From: Eledone cirrhosa
Taxonomy: Eukaryota
Direction of reading: 5' to 3'
Assembly: GCA_964016885.1 (NCBI GenBank)
Contig: OZ024741.1
Coordinates: 281,294,001 to 281,358,000 of the forward strand
DNA length: 64,000 nt
Shown here: positions 13,515 to 25,479 of the stretch, piece by piece
Layout of the letters: every line of letters starts with the position of its first letter
How positions within the stretch are numbered: the stretch's first letter is position 1
The notes under the pieces: model-generated
Databases searched by the model: none
The model's input: the letters and a program-made list of their open reading frames with translations, nothing else
Told to the model about the DNA's origin: nothing
Position numbers and translations under genes: made by a program

Positions 13515-14030
13515 ATATAGCACAAGGCCAACAATTTGAGGGAAGTGGATAGTCGATTTAATCGACCCCTGTGCATTATTGGTACTTATTTTATCGACCC
13601 CATAAGGATGAAAGGCAAAGCTGACCTCGGGAGGGTTTGAACACAGAACAAATGTCACAAATCATGTCATCCGATGTTCTACAGATTCTGTCAATCTACT
13701 GCCTTTTATATATAACTAAAATAATTGTTTCTACTTTAGGCACAAGGCCAGCAATTACCCAGTGCATTACTGGTACTTTATTTTATCGACCCCGTAAGGA
13801 TGAAAGGCAAAATAATGATTTCTGCTATAGGCGCAAAAGGCCGGCATTTTGGGGGGGAGGGGAAAGTTGATTAAATCAACCCCAGTGCATTACTGGTGCT
13901 TTATTTTATCAACCCCCGTAAGGATGAAAGGCAAAGCTAAACTTGGTGGTATTTGAACTCAGAACATAAATGATCATAACTCCAGGCTGCAAAGCATGGT
14001 GTCTGACACTCTATCAATACTGCCACTCGA
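13515..14030 (-). mobile_element. Cluster of three SINE family 1 copies or fragments
   Basis: Repeated gcacaaggcc...ctggtactttattttatcgacccc.taaggatgaaaggcaaa...ttgaactcag units. Confidence 0.8.
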
Positions 14031-14831
14031 TCAATAATAGAATTGAAAACTTTCACTTGGAGTGTTTTTTTCCATTTCATAGTTCTAAAGTTTTATTAAT
14101 AATGAACTTACATGGAAGTTATTAATATTTCAGTCAATATTGTTTTGTTTTGTTGGGGTTTTTTTCTACTCTAATTCCATGGTAAAATTAGCACCAAGTA
14201 ATATGCTGTTGATATTTTAATAACACTGTGATATAGAGTTTTATATATATATGATTTATATTAATGCAATCTAGGGTTATATATATGTGATATAGAGTTA
14301 ACACTGTCATACAGCATTTTTACAAATTATTACATCTGAAAAAATTACAGTTTTAAGAATGGTTTTTGTAAAGTTGTTCTCAGAAACCTGAATTTTAAAA
14401 TTACAATTACATACCAGAAGATATTTATTACTACAGAGGCATACAGTTGTTGTTTAACACTCATTATTAGAGATAACTGGGAGTATCTTTCAAAGAGAGA
14501 TTGGGTGTTGTTTATTTTTAATCAATCTGGTGTGTAAAAAGTTCAGCTGCACATTTTAATTGATTAGAATTCGCAAAACTGTGGTGATTCTGGACATGTA
14601 AAGCTCACTCTTTTCCTCAAGCTCTCTTGTTCTGATCTGTTTATAGGAGTTAAGACTTTTGATGAAACACTGTCATTGTTTTCTAAGTGTCTCATTGAGT
14701 AGTAATGATATATCAAAGTTAATACAATGTCTTCTTGATTACATTGCACATTTAGCTACCTCAGAGCTTTGGTAGGTCACGCATTATTTCTCTCTCTATA
14801 TATATATATATGTGTGTGTCTGTGTGTGTGT

Positions 14832-15155
14832 GAAGGCGCATGGTCTAGTGGTTAGAATGTTGGGCTTACAATCATGAGGTTGTGAGTTCGATTCTCAGAC
14901 TGGGTGATGCGTTGTGTCCTTGAGCAAGACACTTTATTTCACATTGCTCCAGTTTACTCAGCTGTAGAAATGAGTTGCGACATCACTGGTGCCAAGCTGT
15001 ATTGGCCTTTGCCTTTCCCTTGGACAACATCGGTAATGTGGAGAGGGGTGACTGGTATGCATGGGCGACTGCTGGTCTCCCCCAAACAACCTTGCCTGGA
15101 CTTGTGCCTTGGAGGGGAACTTCCTAGGTGCAAATCCCATGGTCATTCATTAAAT
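14832..15155 (+). mobile_element. tRNA-derived CORE-type SINE (family 2)
   Basis: A-box tggtctagtgg, B-box gagttcgattc, then tgtgtccttgagcaagacactt...ccagtttactcagctgtagaaatgag, resembling the MIR CORE consensus tgtgaccttgggcaagtcactt...cagtttcctcatctgtaaaatgg. Confidence 0.8.
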
Positions 15156-15159
15156 GGGG

Positions 15160-16785
15160 GAAGCAGAGGACTTTACCAAAAGGCCAGAAGAGAGGCTGGG
15201 TGACAAGTATAATCTGCAAGGAGGGAAGCAGAAAATAAAAAGTTTATGCATGTTATGCGACATGGGAACCAAAGACGTGAGGCGTTCAGGATCGTGAGGC
15301 AGTGTGTTATGGAAAATTGTGATGTTTTTGAGGAGAAGTGTGTATAAGATGACAATGGTGCACTTACCTTTACTGATGCTGAAAAGAAGACAGCATGAAA
15401 GTGACTGATGAATGAGGAGAATACATGGGACCCAACAGTAGACCCAACAGAGGATCCAGCTGTACAAGTCAGCAGCAGTAAGTAAACAGCTGGGCCATTG
15501 GGAATAGTTGCTGAAATGCTGAAAGCATTTGGGATGGTAGGCCACATCATAACCACCCATAAATTAATAATGACTATAGCAAGGAGTTTAGCAGGCAAGT
15601 TGGAGTCTACCAAGGCCATCTACTTTTTATTATCGTACTCTAGGCTATAATAGAAAAGTTTAAAACAGAATGCCCTTGGGAATCCCTGTATGCTAATAAT
15701 CTAACTCTCATAACTGAATCTATGACAGAACTAGAGAAAAAATTCCTGACCTGAAAACATAAACTGGAATCAAAAGGTCTCAAAGTCAACTTGGCAAAGA
15801 GACCAAAGTTCTAATAGAAATTCCATTCTCTGCCCAAAATGCAAACTATGGGTGCACAAGAGATGTAGTGGGATCTCAGGAAGGTTAGCAAAGAATCTAG
15901 GTTTTTAAATGAGGGCATTGCAAAGGAGCAGTAAGCAGCAAACACTCATGGGAAACAACCTCTATAAAATTTTCAGATTGCATGAGGTAGTTATACGAAC
16001 TGCAATGGAGCATGGCAGTGAGACCTGGGCACTATGAGCAGAGGACCTATGTAGGCTGGAAAGAAATGAAGCTTGCATGCTCCAATGGATGTATAATAAT
16101 AATATACATGAACTGAGAGAGAAACTGGGCATATGAGGGACCAGATGTAGTGTGGAAGAAAGGAGATTGCTTTGGTATGGACATGTGATGTGTATGAAAT
16201 ATGATAGCTGTATAAAAAGGTGCAGGGTGCTCAAAGTTGATGGAAGCTATGGAATAAGACATCTTAGGATGAGGTGATAAAAACTGACCTCATAAATTTG
16301 CACCTCTCAAAGGCCCATGATCTCTGGTGTTATGCAGTAAAACAGAAGACCCGCCTTCCCATGTGCTTGGGTTGAAGTGTATATCTAGTATGCATCACTT
16401 TCCCCTACCTTCCCTCCCTTTCCACATCCTAACACTCCACCTATGTCCTAACACTCCACCCACGTCCTAATACCCCACCCTTCACCCATATTCCTACACA
16501 CCACACTTCACTAGATAAACACCCCACCTCAGCCCCCAGTCCACACTGTAAAATGGTCGTGTTGGTGACAACAAAAAGTGCCAAGTTTATACTGAAAGTG
16601 GTTGTGTAGGTGCCATGATAAAAAAACACCCAGTACACTGTAAATGTGGTTGGCATTAGGAAAAACATCCAGCCATAGAAACCAAGCCATGGTAATCTGA
16701 TCTGGCTTGTTCACAATGGGACAACTCCTCATCTAACCCATGCTAGCATGGAAAAATGGACATTAAATGTTGATGATGATGATAT
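15160..16785 (+). mobile_element. Heavily deleted RTE LINE with B-like 3' UTR
   Basis: Patchy RTE ORF2 motifs ([44 protein letters not shown]) followed by the RTE tail and (gat)n. Confidence 0.8.
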
Positions 16786-16873
16786 ATACATACACACATA
16801 TATATATATATGTGTGTGTGTGTATCAAATAAGAGTAGTTAAGACGGGATTATTTCACCATAATTGCTTTATT

Positions 16874-16924
16874 GCATGATATATATTTCTGTTACATGGT
16901 TATGCATGTGACTTCATCAGATGC
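16874..16924 (-). ncRNA. Penelope-type minimal hammerhead ribozyme motif (probably degenerate)
   Basis: Minus strand GCAU-CUGAUGA-AGUCACAUG-cauaac-CAUGUAACA-GAAAU-auau-AUC-AUGC, then AATAAA; stem I GCAU/AUGC; base of stem II mismatched. Confidence 0.55.
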
Positions 16925-18139
16925 TTACGCAATCGTTATATATACATATATATGAAGCATTAGGGGGATGCTTTCAGTATCATTTTCTTTTTAATTAATT
17001 AGTTTAACAATCTGTCATTGAGCTGATTCAGCTTTGAAACTTCAGCCAATTAAAGTTAGACAAGTAGAGTTAAGTGTCTCCCATAAAGGACATATTTTGA
17101 CCCTTAAGATGATAGACAATCACAACCTATGTGTCAATACAACTTGACGATTAACACTCTAACAAGTCAACAACTAAACAAAATCTATGACACAGTGTTA
17201 AATAATCCCATTTCTCTGCTCCTGAGGAGACTCCAACACCCTGAACATTGTGTCAGTAAGGAAAAGATAGTTTACAACACTAAATGTAACTTTAAACAAT
17301 ATATTCCAATAGCCTACAGAAACAGGGAACTGACATTAGCATTGATAATGTTGGCTATTTTAGTCTTGCCTGAAAGATAAGCAACACTAGCATACATAGT
17401 GCCTATATGACCTATGCTTGAGTACGCTTTGAAACCTTAGCTAGCAAGCAACTGTGTTGAGAAATTATTTATAATAATATATTTTGCTCTGTATTTAATA
17501 TAGAGCACTCTTTTTCCTTTATCTATTCAACAGAATCTCTTGACACTACACACATAAATTTTAAGCAAATAATTTCTGTTTTCATTATAAGAGTGGTCAT
17601 CTGAAACTATGGAGATTCAGATGACCCCTCTTAGGGTGAAAGCAGAAATTGTTTGCTTAAAGTTTTATTCTGTGCTAATAATAAATATTTGCTCTATTGG
17701 TTTATATATACCTATATATATATATATATATACAATCCTTATTGAGTCCTCTGGGTTTTGAATTATTATTATTACTACTATATACTACTATATATATATA
17801 TATATATATGTGTGTGTATGTATGTGTGTGTGTACATATATACACCACTGGCCTCAGGTAAACACTTTCTTCTTGTATTATTGTGACATTATACTGTGAA
17901 TATTCACTTGGCATATTGGGGAGATATATTCCAATTCAAGACCTTTTTTATTTACTTAAGAAGAAAATTATTATATGGTGATTATACATTACATTATGTA
18001 TACTTGTCTTAATATAACAATAAGCATCAGACTCATTGTTCTACACAGTATTAGAAAGCTATAAAGTCCAGTTAGGATTAACAACTAACAAGTGCAATGG
18101 TGCTGATGAATGAATAGATAAATATATTTAGTAAATGAT

Positions 18140-19930
18140 TTGTTAGATTGGCACATGGTCACAATTTACACAAGTATATATTTCACTGGTATATACTTTA
18201 TTGATCCCAGTAGAATGAAATGCAGAAACACAGATCATAAAATGGACATAGCTAAATATCACATGATATTTTGCTTAACACTATATAAAATATATCATCT
18301 ACTGCTCTTAATAATTGTTTCTATATTCAGCACAAGGCCAGCTATTTGAAGGGAAGGAGTAAGTCGATCAAATCAACCCAAGTGCATTACTGGTGCTTTA
18401 CTTTATCGACCTGGTAAGGATGAAAGGATATAATGGCCGTAACTATATGCTGCAAAGCATCTGGTCTGGCACTCTACTGATACTGACAATTCAATGCCCC
18501 TTAATAATTGTTTCTACTTTAGGCACAAGGCCAGCAATTACCCAGTGCATTACTGGTACTTTATTTTATCAACCCCGTAAGGATGAACGGCAATTAATAA
18601 TAATAATAATAATTCTAAGGAAGAAGGTACAGACAATTAAATTAATTGTTTCTACTTTAGGCACAAGGCCAGCAATTACCCAGTGCATTACTGGTACTTT
18701 ATTTTATCGACCCTATAAGGATGAAAGGCAAAGTTAACCTCAGCGGGATTTGAACTCAGACCGCAACGGGACGTAACTATGCTGGAAAGCATGGCGTCCG
18801 ACCCTCTACCGATACTGCCAATTCAAATTAATACCAGTATATTATTGGCGCTTATATTGTTGAGCCCTTATATTTGTGATCCCAGAGGGGTGAGGCAAAG
18901 TCAACCTGGTCAAAATTGAATTCAAAGGATTCTATGAAACAAATAGATAACAATAATGGCTTCTAATTTAGGCACAAGGCCAGCAATTTCGGTGAAGGGA
19001 AAATTAAATTAAATTGACCCTAGTTCTTGACTATTAATGTATTTTATCAACCACCACCACTCTCCTCTGAAAGATGAAAGGTAAAGTTAACCTTAATGAA
19101 ATTTGAGTACAGAACATAAAGAGCCAGAATAAATACTGCTTGGGTGATGCTCAGGATTCTGCCAATCAACTGCTTCCACATACTAATAATAATATTAATA
19201 ATAATAATGATTTCTACTTTAGGCACAAGGCCAGCAATTTTGAGAGAGGAGGGAAAGGCGATTAACCCTTTAGCATTCACATTACTCTATATATATACTA
19301 TTATATTTTCATGGTAAAGGCTTTACCTCGCATAATTATCTCACATAATATCGAATCTGTGAGATTTTGAAAGTATTTATTTTGAGAACAATACCTTAAT
19401 ATCAGTTTGAGCGACCAGTTACAGCCAGTTTCAACAGAAAGAGGTAAAGAATTCTGGCTGGTTTTGGCCAGTTTGAACACTAAAGGGTTAAATCGACCCC
19501 AGTGCATTACTGGTGCTTTATTTTATCAACCCTGTAAGGATGAAAGGCAAAGTTAACCTCGGTGGGATTTGAACTCAGATCATAAAGAGCCATAACTCTT
19601 TGCTGCAAAGCATGGTGTCCGACCCTCTACCTCTACTACCAATCCACTGTGACTAAATGATTCAAAACATTTTGTCTGACACTCTAACGATACTGCCATT
19701 TCACCACCCTCTAATAATAATGGTTTCTGATTTAGGCACAAAGCCTTTGAGGTGGGGGTCATTTAATCCACCCTTGAGCTTTACTGTTACTTTATTCTAT
19801 CAACCCCATAAGGAAGAGAGGCAAAGCTAACTTCGGTGGGATTTGAACTGAGAATGTAAAGGCCCTAACTCTATGCCATAAAGCATGTTGTCCGACACTC
19901 TACCGATACTGCCAATCCACCACCCTAATA
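18140..19930 (-). mobile_element. Head-to-tail array of about 8 SINE family 1 copies and fragments
   Basis: Tail tttcta..tt.a.gcacaa(g)gcc recurs at ~18318, 18510, 18648, 18960, 19211 and 19723, all in the same orientation and separated by (aat)n. Confidence 0.85.
19266..19487. mobile_element. piggyBac-type MITE nested in a SINE
   Basis: TTAA|CCCTTTAGCATTCA ... TGAACACTAAAGGG|TTAA; the SINE sequence resumes on both sides. Confidence 0.85.
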
Positions 19931-21059
19931 ATAATAATGTGTTTGGTTTTTTTTGTTAGAAAATCCATTTGAATGATTGTTATTTCATATATATACATAA
20001 ATAGAACCATGAATATAAGCTGAGGTTTGACATTATTAATGTGGAACTTGATGTTAAGAAATACAAATCACTGAAACAGTTGCAATTATCACTGTTGTTG
20101 CTGTTGTTGTTAGGCTTGTATTTTAGTTTAAATTACTGTTGGCATCTTTTAGAAATCTTTTGTTGATTTCTATTTTATTTTGATTTATGGTATTTTGCTT
20201 TTGTTTTGTAGTTCTTTTTTTTTTTTTTTTTTTTTACAAAATTTACATTCAAAACAGAAACACATTGTTTAAAATAGTAATAACTACTAACACAACAGCA
20301 ACAACAATAATGATAATAATAATAATAACAATAATAACAATAATTGGCTGGGTTGGTATAACCCAGTGAAGAGAATCAGTGCCAATCACAGACGAGCAAG
20401 AAAAGATGATAAATATGAAAAAAAAAGAAAGAAAAAAAAGAAATTCAAAATAGCTGCACATACATAAACATTTTAGCAATGTAATCATTAACTCAGTTAT
20501 CGTGATGATGTTTGTATGTATGTGTGTATGTATGTATGTATGTATGTGTGTGTATGTATGTATGTTGTTATTTACTTGTTACCTACTAGCCATGCGTGGT
20601 TACACGCTTGTAGAAATTATCTCCTGTGATTTTTCATGTTTATATTTATTTATATATATGTTGATCAATTCCTAGTTATTATATATATATATATTAAGAC
20701 TGCATGGAGTGGAGTTGGACTCTGCAAGCTTTAATGAGGGCAGAGAGTCACTCTGAATTGAAACTGATACAAGGTTGAGAGGGCTTTTCAGTCTAGTCAA
20801 ACAATCTCTCTAGTGCGGGCGCATGATGAAATGGGCCCTGTCCATGCTTAAAAGTGGTTGGTGGTAGGAAGGGCAGCCAGAAAACTTTGAAAAAATCCAT
20901 GACCAGCACAGAATATAAGATTTACACCAACTGTGTAAACCTGGCCAACCCATGCAAGCATGGAAAAGCAGATGTAAAACGGTGATGATGCTAATGCTGA
21001 TAATGATATATATATATATACATATAAATATACATATAAATATATATATATATATATAA

Positions 21060-21309
21060 ATACTTGTTTTGCAAGATTTCTTATCTGAAAACGTGTGTTG
21101 AAACAGATATTGTTATACTTTGGGAAGGTCATGCTGCCAATAAAAACTGAGGAGGTCATAGAATGTGTGATGAAAGAGCTTTGACAATATATAAACAACC
21201 ATACGTTTGTTGAACCAGCCAACTGGAAATTTACAATAAATTTAAGTGAAAAACCAACAGGTGCATGTGTTTTTATTGGCAGCATGACCCTCGCAAAGTA
21301 TAACAATAT
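21060..21309. mobile_element. Fold-back repeat, probably Penelope-like (same family as 37844-38000)
   Basis: ~41-bp inverted arms 21107-21147 and 21269-21309; the long arm carries ctgaaaacgtgtgttgaaac, a decayed hammerhead-like core; embedded in (TA)n. Confidence 0.6.
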
Positions 21310-21504
21310 ATATAGTATATCTATATTTATATATATATACGTGCAAAAGGTTCAGTAAATCCAAAGAAAACTGGTGAGAGTACCAATGTCAGTACTCGAT
21401 GCAGAGCAGACTGTATAAAATAAGAACAAAGTGGAGGTGGTATATATGTGATTTATTGCTCAATTGGGCAATAAATCTCATATGTAACACCTCCACTTTG
21501 CTCT

Positions 21505-21541
<37 letters not shown>

Positions 21542-21975
21542 AATTAAGGGTTAAAGGTAAATTCATTGAGTCAATACTCAGATTGAAATATATAGACACA
21601 TATTAATAATGAAGCTTGAGCAAGTTTTTCCCCATTTCCTTTTTTTCATCTCTTGTTGAAACATGTGCAAGACAAATAAAATGTCTTAAATTTCTTCATC
21701 TTGGCTTTCTATCCATTATATGCATGCATGCATGCATGCATGCATGTATGCATGTATGCATGTATGTATGTATGTATGTATGTGTTTTGTTGTTTATATC
21801 TAGGTCAGCCATGACCATACCATCTCAGTTTTTTCAGATGCAATCTAACTAGGACTGTGCTTGCCCATGCATCATCCTTTTTTTAAGATGGTAGGATGTT
21901 TACCTGTTTCTGTAAGTTTATGTGAGTGCATATGTCTAAAAAATCTCAAAATAATAGACAAACAGCAATTCTTTT

Positions 21976-22041
21976 CAAGGGTGGTGCCCCAGCATGGCCT
22001 CAGCCGGATGGCTGGAACAGATAAAAGAATAAAAGAATAAA
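21976..22041 (+). mobile_element. Isolated 3' tail of the CR1-group LINE
   Basis: caagggtggtgccccagcatggcctcagccggatggctggaac followed by (taaaaga)n; matches 35608-35661. Confidence 0.8.
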
Positions 22042-24054
22042 CATTGTCGATGAATTACTGATATGATCAGCAGCTATCTATATATATTTAAAAAAATTAA
22101 AACAAGGGGCAAAATGAGAAAAGTTTTAAAATCTTTTTTTTTTTAGATTATAAATTCTTTTTCTGATACTGGAAGTTTTCTGTGCGTCTGCCAGCTTAAA
22201 ATATTTTGTAGGCCTTCCATTTTGGTAAGCAATCAAATATCAAATATTGTATATAATAATGTTGTAGTTGAGTTGAAATATTGCGAAAATATAAATATAA
22301 ACCAGTGTATTCATTTTTTCCACCGAGGAAAATTATATTTATAACATTGCTTGTAGATTTTGGTTTAACCAAAATTTAAAAAAGAAAGGAGCAAAAAAAG
22401 TTATTTGTAAATGTAACAATTTTTTTTTTCATGAGTTTACATCCCAAAACCTATTATTTCCTGTCTGTGTTATTAAAACCTGCCAAATGTCTTTGAAAAC
22501 AGCATCCAATGATGTTGGAAAGAGATACAATTTTTCAACTATGGGCAACAAGCTACATTGAAATGCTGTTATGTTAGTATTGAATTTCTGCTCCTCAACA
22601 AAGTTTAAGAAGTTGCCAGCAGGAAAGATATTTATTGAAACAATTGTTTTAATTTTAAAAAATCTTTCTTCTTTTTCTTTTTAAATGTTTGCATTCTTTT
22701 TTTTTTTGTAACTTTTCCCTTATTCATTAGTTGTTTTTTTTAAAATTATTATTCAACAGCTAAACTTGGAATTCACTCTGTTTTGAAATGCCAGTAACAT
22801 AATTCTTTTAAAGAGAATTTATCAAGTTGGCAAAATATCTAAATAATATTTTTTTTTTTTTTGAATGCAACAAAGTTGAAACAAAAAAAAGAAAAGAATA
22901 TATATACGAAAGGAAGAAGATAATTATGTAGATAATATTGTATTTCTACAGTATGACATTTGACTAAATGTAATTACAAAGTTGAAGGAACTATTTATAG
23001 AAGTACGCATATTATGTCAAAGTTTCCGTAGAAGTATTTCATGAAATAAATGATGTTTAGCTGAGTAACCCCAAACATCAAGCTTCTAATAAAATTAAAA
23101 TGTGGGAATACTTACAATATGGAGGTGAAAAACAACCAAACAACATATGAAAAATAATCATGTAAATTTAATTTACTAAATAAACTAATAACCTTTAGTA
23201 GAAATCCAAATTAGTAACAATTATTTTAATGTTAACTAATCTGACAATATCTGAAGTGGACAAATTAACATCCAGGAGGAAAGTTAGCATTCATGACTCG
23301 AGATGAAGCACTTGCCACACACCTAGCTATTTCATTGCTACCAAAGAAGAAATATCTAAGACAAATATTGTTGCATTGTTCTTGAGGGATATGTATATTT
23401 TAAATCTAGTAGTAGCTATTATTATTTAAAATTTTACGAGGATGGTGAGTTGGCAAAAGATGCAGAGTATTTTGTCTTTTATCTCATTACATTCTGTCAG
23501 AGGTTAAATTTGACATTCTTATTGATTGGAACTGATACAATAAATACCAGTAATACACTGGACAACAATCAATTAGCTATAATCCTTCCCCTTTAAAATC
23601 TGCTTCTCTTTCTCTTCTTTTTCTATCATTTATAGCATTTATTGTCCTTTCCAATACTACTTTCTTTTTCTATATATTTGACAAAATATTAAATTCTTTA
23701 TTATTTTTATGTAACTTAATCTTAAAAATATATTTGAGTATTTTGAAATAAAGTTTTGTAAATTTGAAAAAAAAAACAAAAAAAAATCAAACAAAAACTT
23801 ATCATTACTGAAATCTGACTCTGTGCCAAATCAAATTGAATAAATATGTAATACATGATGCAATTTGGACTGGCGGGGTTTTAAGAAGAAAGAAACAAGC
23901 AAATGGACTATCTTATTTAAGAAGAAAACTTTTGTTTTCATTCTGTCAAATATTTAGTGTAAAAAATATCTTCCTTAAATCCTATAAGATTAAGAAGTTG
24001 TATTTTTTTGAAATAAATTATAAAGGAAACTAAAATGCTATAAATAGCCATCCA

Positions 24055-24335
24055 GTAACAAGTAGCAGCCTGGGGCATTCAGCAATAGACCCAGGTTTTG
24101 TATTTGTAGCCCAACAAGCTAAAGATTGCAAGCTGTTGAAGTATCATTTGCTTCCACATGGGTTTGTAGTTGAACCTGTAGGGGTGGAAACCTCTTACAC
24201 TCTTGGTCCCTGAACCATCTCCTTACTCACTGGTATAGGAGTGGAATTGGTCACTAACAGTTGGAATGGCTATTTCAACATGTCTCCCTCGTTATCTTCC
24301 AGAGTAACACTTTTTCTATTCTGTCTACTGGGACC
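24055..24335 (+). mobile_element. Old CRE-clade 3' fragment
   Basis: Aligns by eye with the reverse complement of 25590-25870 (gacccagg, gtggaaac, ctccttactcac, gttggaatggctatttca, tctattctgtc). Confidence 0.7.
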
Positions 24336-24489
24336 ATGAGGCAGCTTGCGCCTGGAATTCTGCATACTGAGGAGTGTTCTGTCACACTGTCTGGGCATAT
24401 ATCATTGGGGTAGTGATGGTCTGTCTAGGTCACTTGTATCTATGTTTTTATTAATAATAATTCAAAATGCGTTTGTTTGAAATACTTAA

Positions 24490-24697
24490 CCCTTTAGCAT
24501 TTACATTAATTTATATTTACTATTATATTTTCATGGCCAACACTTTATTTCACATAATATCGAATCTATGAGATTTTGATATTATTTATTTTGAGAAAAA
24601 TACCTTAATATCAGTATGAGCGGCCAGTTACAGCCACTTTGAACAGAAAGAGGTGAGAGAGTTCTGGCCAGATAGAGCCAGTTTAAATGCTAAAGGG
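24490..24697. mobile_element. piggyBac-type MITE (same family as 19266-19487)
   Basis: TTAA|CCCTTTAGCATTTA ... TAAATGCTAAAGGG|TTAA; internal sequence homologous to the 19 kb copy. Confidence 0.9.
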
Positions 24698-25479
24698 TTA
24701 AGGAACATATATGGAGACAAAAATTAAATACTGTACATGATGGTGTGGAAATTAGCAAGTTTGACACAAATTGAATCAAATAATAAAACCCATAATATAG
24801 ATAGCACCAAGGGTTATGAAATAAAACAATGCAATGAATGAAATAAAAGATGTTGACTAAAAGCTGAAAACTGACAGCAATTATAACTGCAAAATCAAAT
24901 ATCACAAAATTGGTAAATGTCTTTTATCTGTATCTAATTTCAGAATGTTTGGTTCAACAGACTTTTTCACAACTATAGGTTTGTGGTAAAACCTGTGACA
25001 GTGGATACTTCTGGCATTCTTGTCCCCCCTCCGACCACATACCTACTCACTGCTATTGGGGGAGGAGTTGGCTGCCTGCAAGTGTGAGCCCCAACAAGGT
25101 GGAGTAACTGTTTCAGTGCTCATCCTCACCATCCATTGAGGCAATGTCTTCTCGATCCTGTTAGCCAGGACCACAAGGCAGACCGGCTCTTGAATAGTGA
25201 GTGGTATATACAGATCAAACACACACAGACACACACACACAGAAAACGTTATTATCCTGCTATTTTTCATATAAGAGATTAATAAACTGAAAAGTCCCTG
25301 CAAGATGAGAAAAGTTCTTGATAAATACAAGATCTGGGAGAGATTTTGAGAGAAATCTTCATATGTTCCAACTGCCCACAAAACAAGTTTGTAATATAAG
25401 AACAAGTTTGAATAACAATCATTTTAGTTTTTTTTCTTTTTTTCCCTATTACTATTCCGTTTATTGTTACAGGACTTTA

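Noticed and set aside
14564-14749. 61-aa minus-strand ORF with an RKRVSF (PP1-docking-like) motif
   Set aside because: Short, GTG start, weak splice acceptor and no recognisable homology; the motif could be chance.
14832-14905. tRNA-like A/B boxes (also 48640-48726)
   Set aside because: They continue into SINE bodies and do not form a full cloverleaf; SINE heads, not tRNA genes.
18140-19930. Repeat-spacer-like periodicity suggesting CRISPR
   Set aside because: Eukaryotic context; units are 100-200-bp diverged SINEs and no cas genes are present.
20584-20608. Helitron-like 3' end on the minus strand (GCGTG-taac-CACGC then CTAG)
   Set aside because: No matching 5' end identified; motif too short to call.
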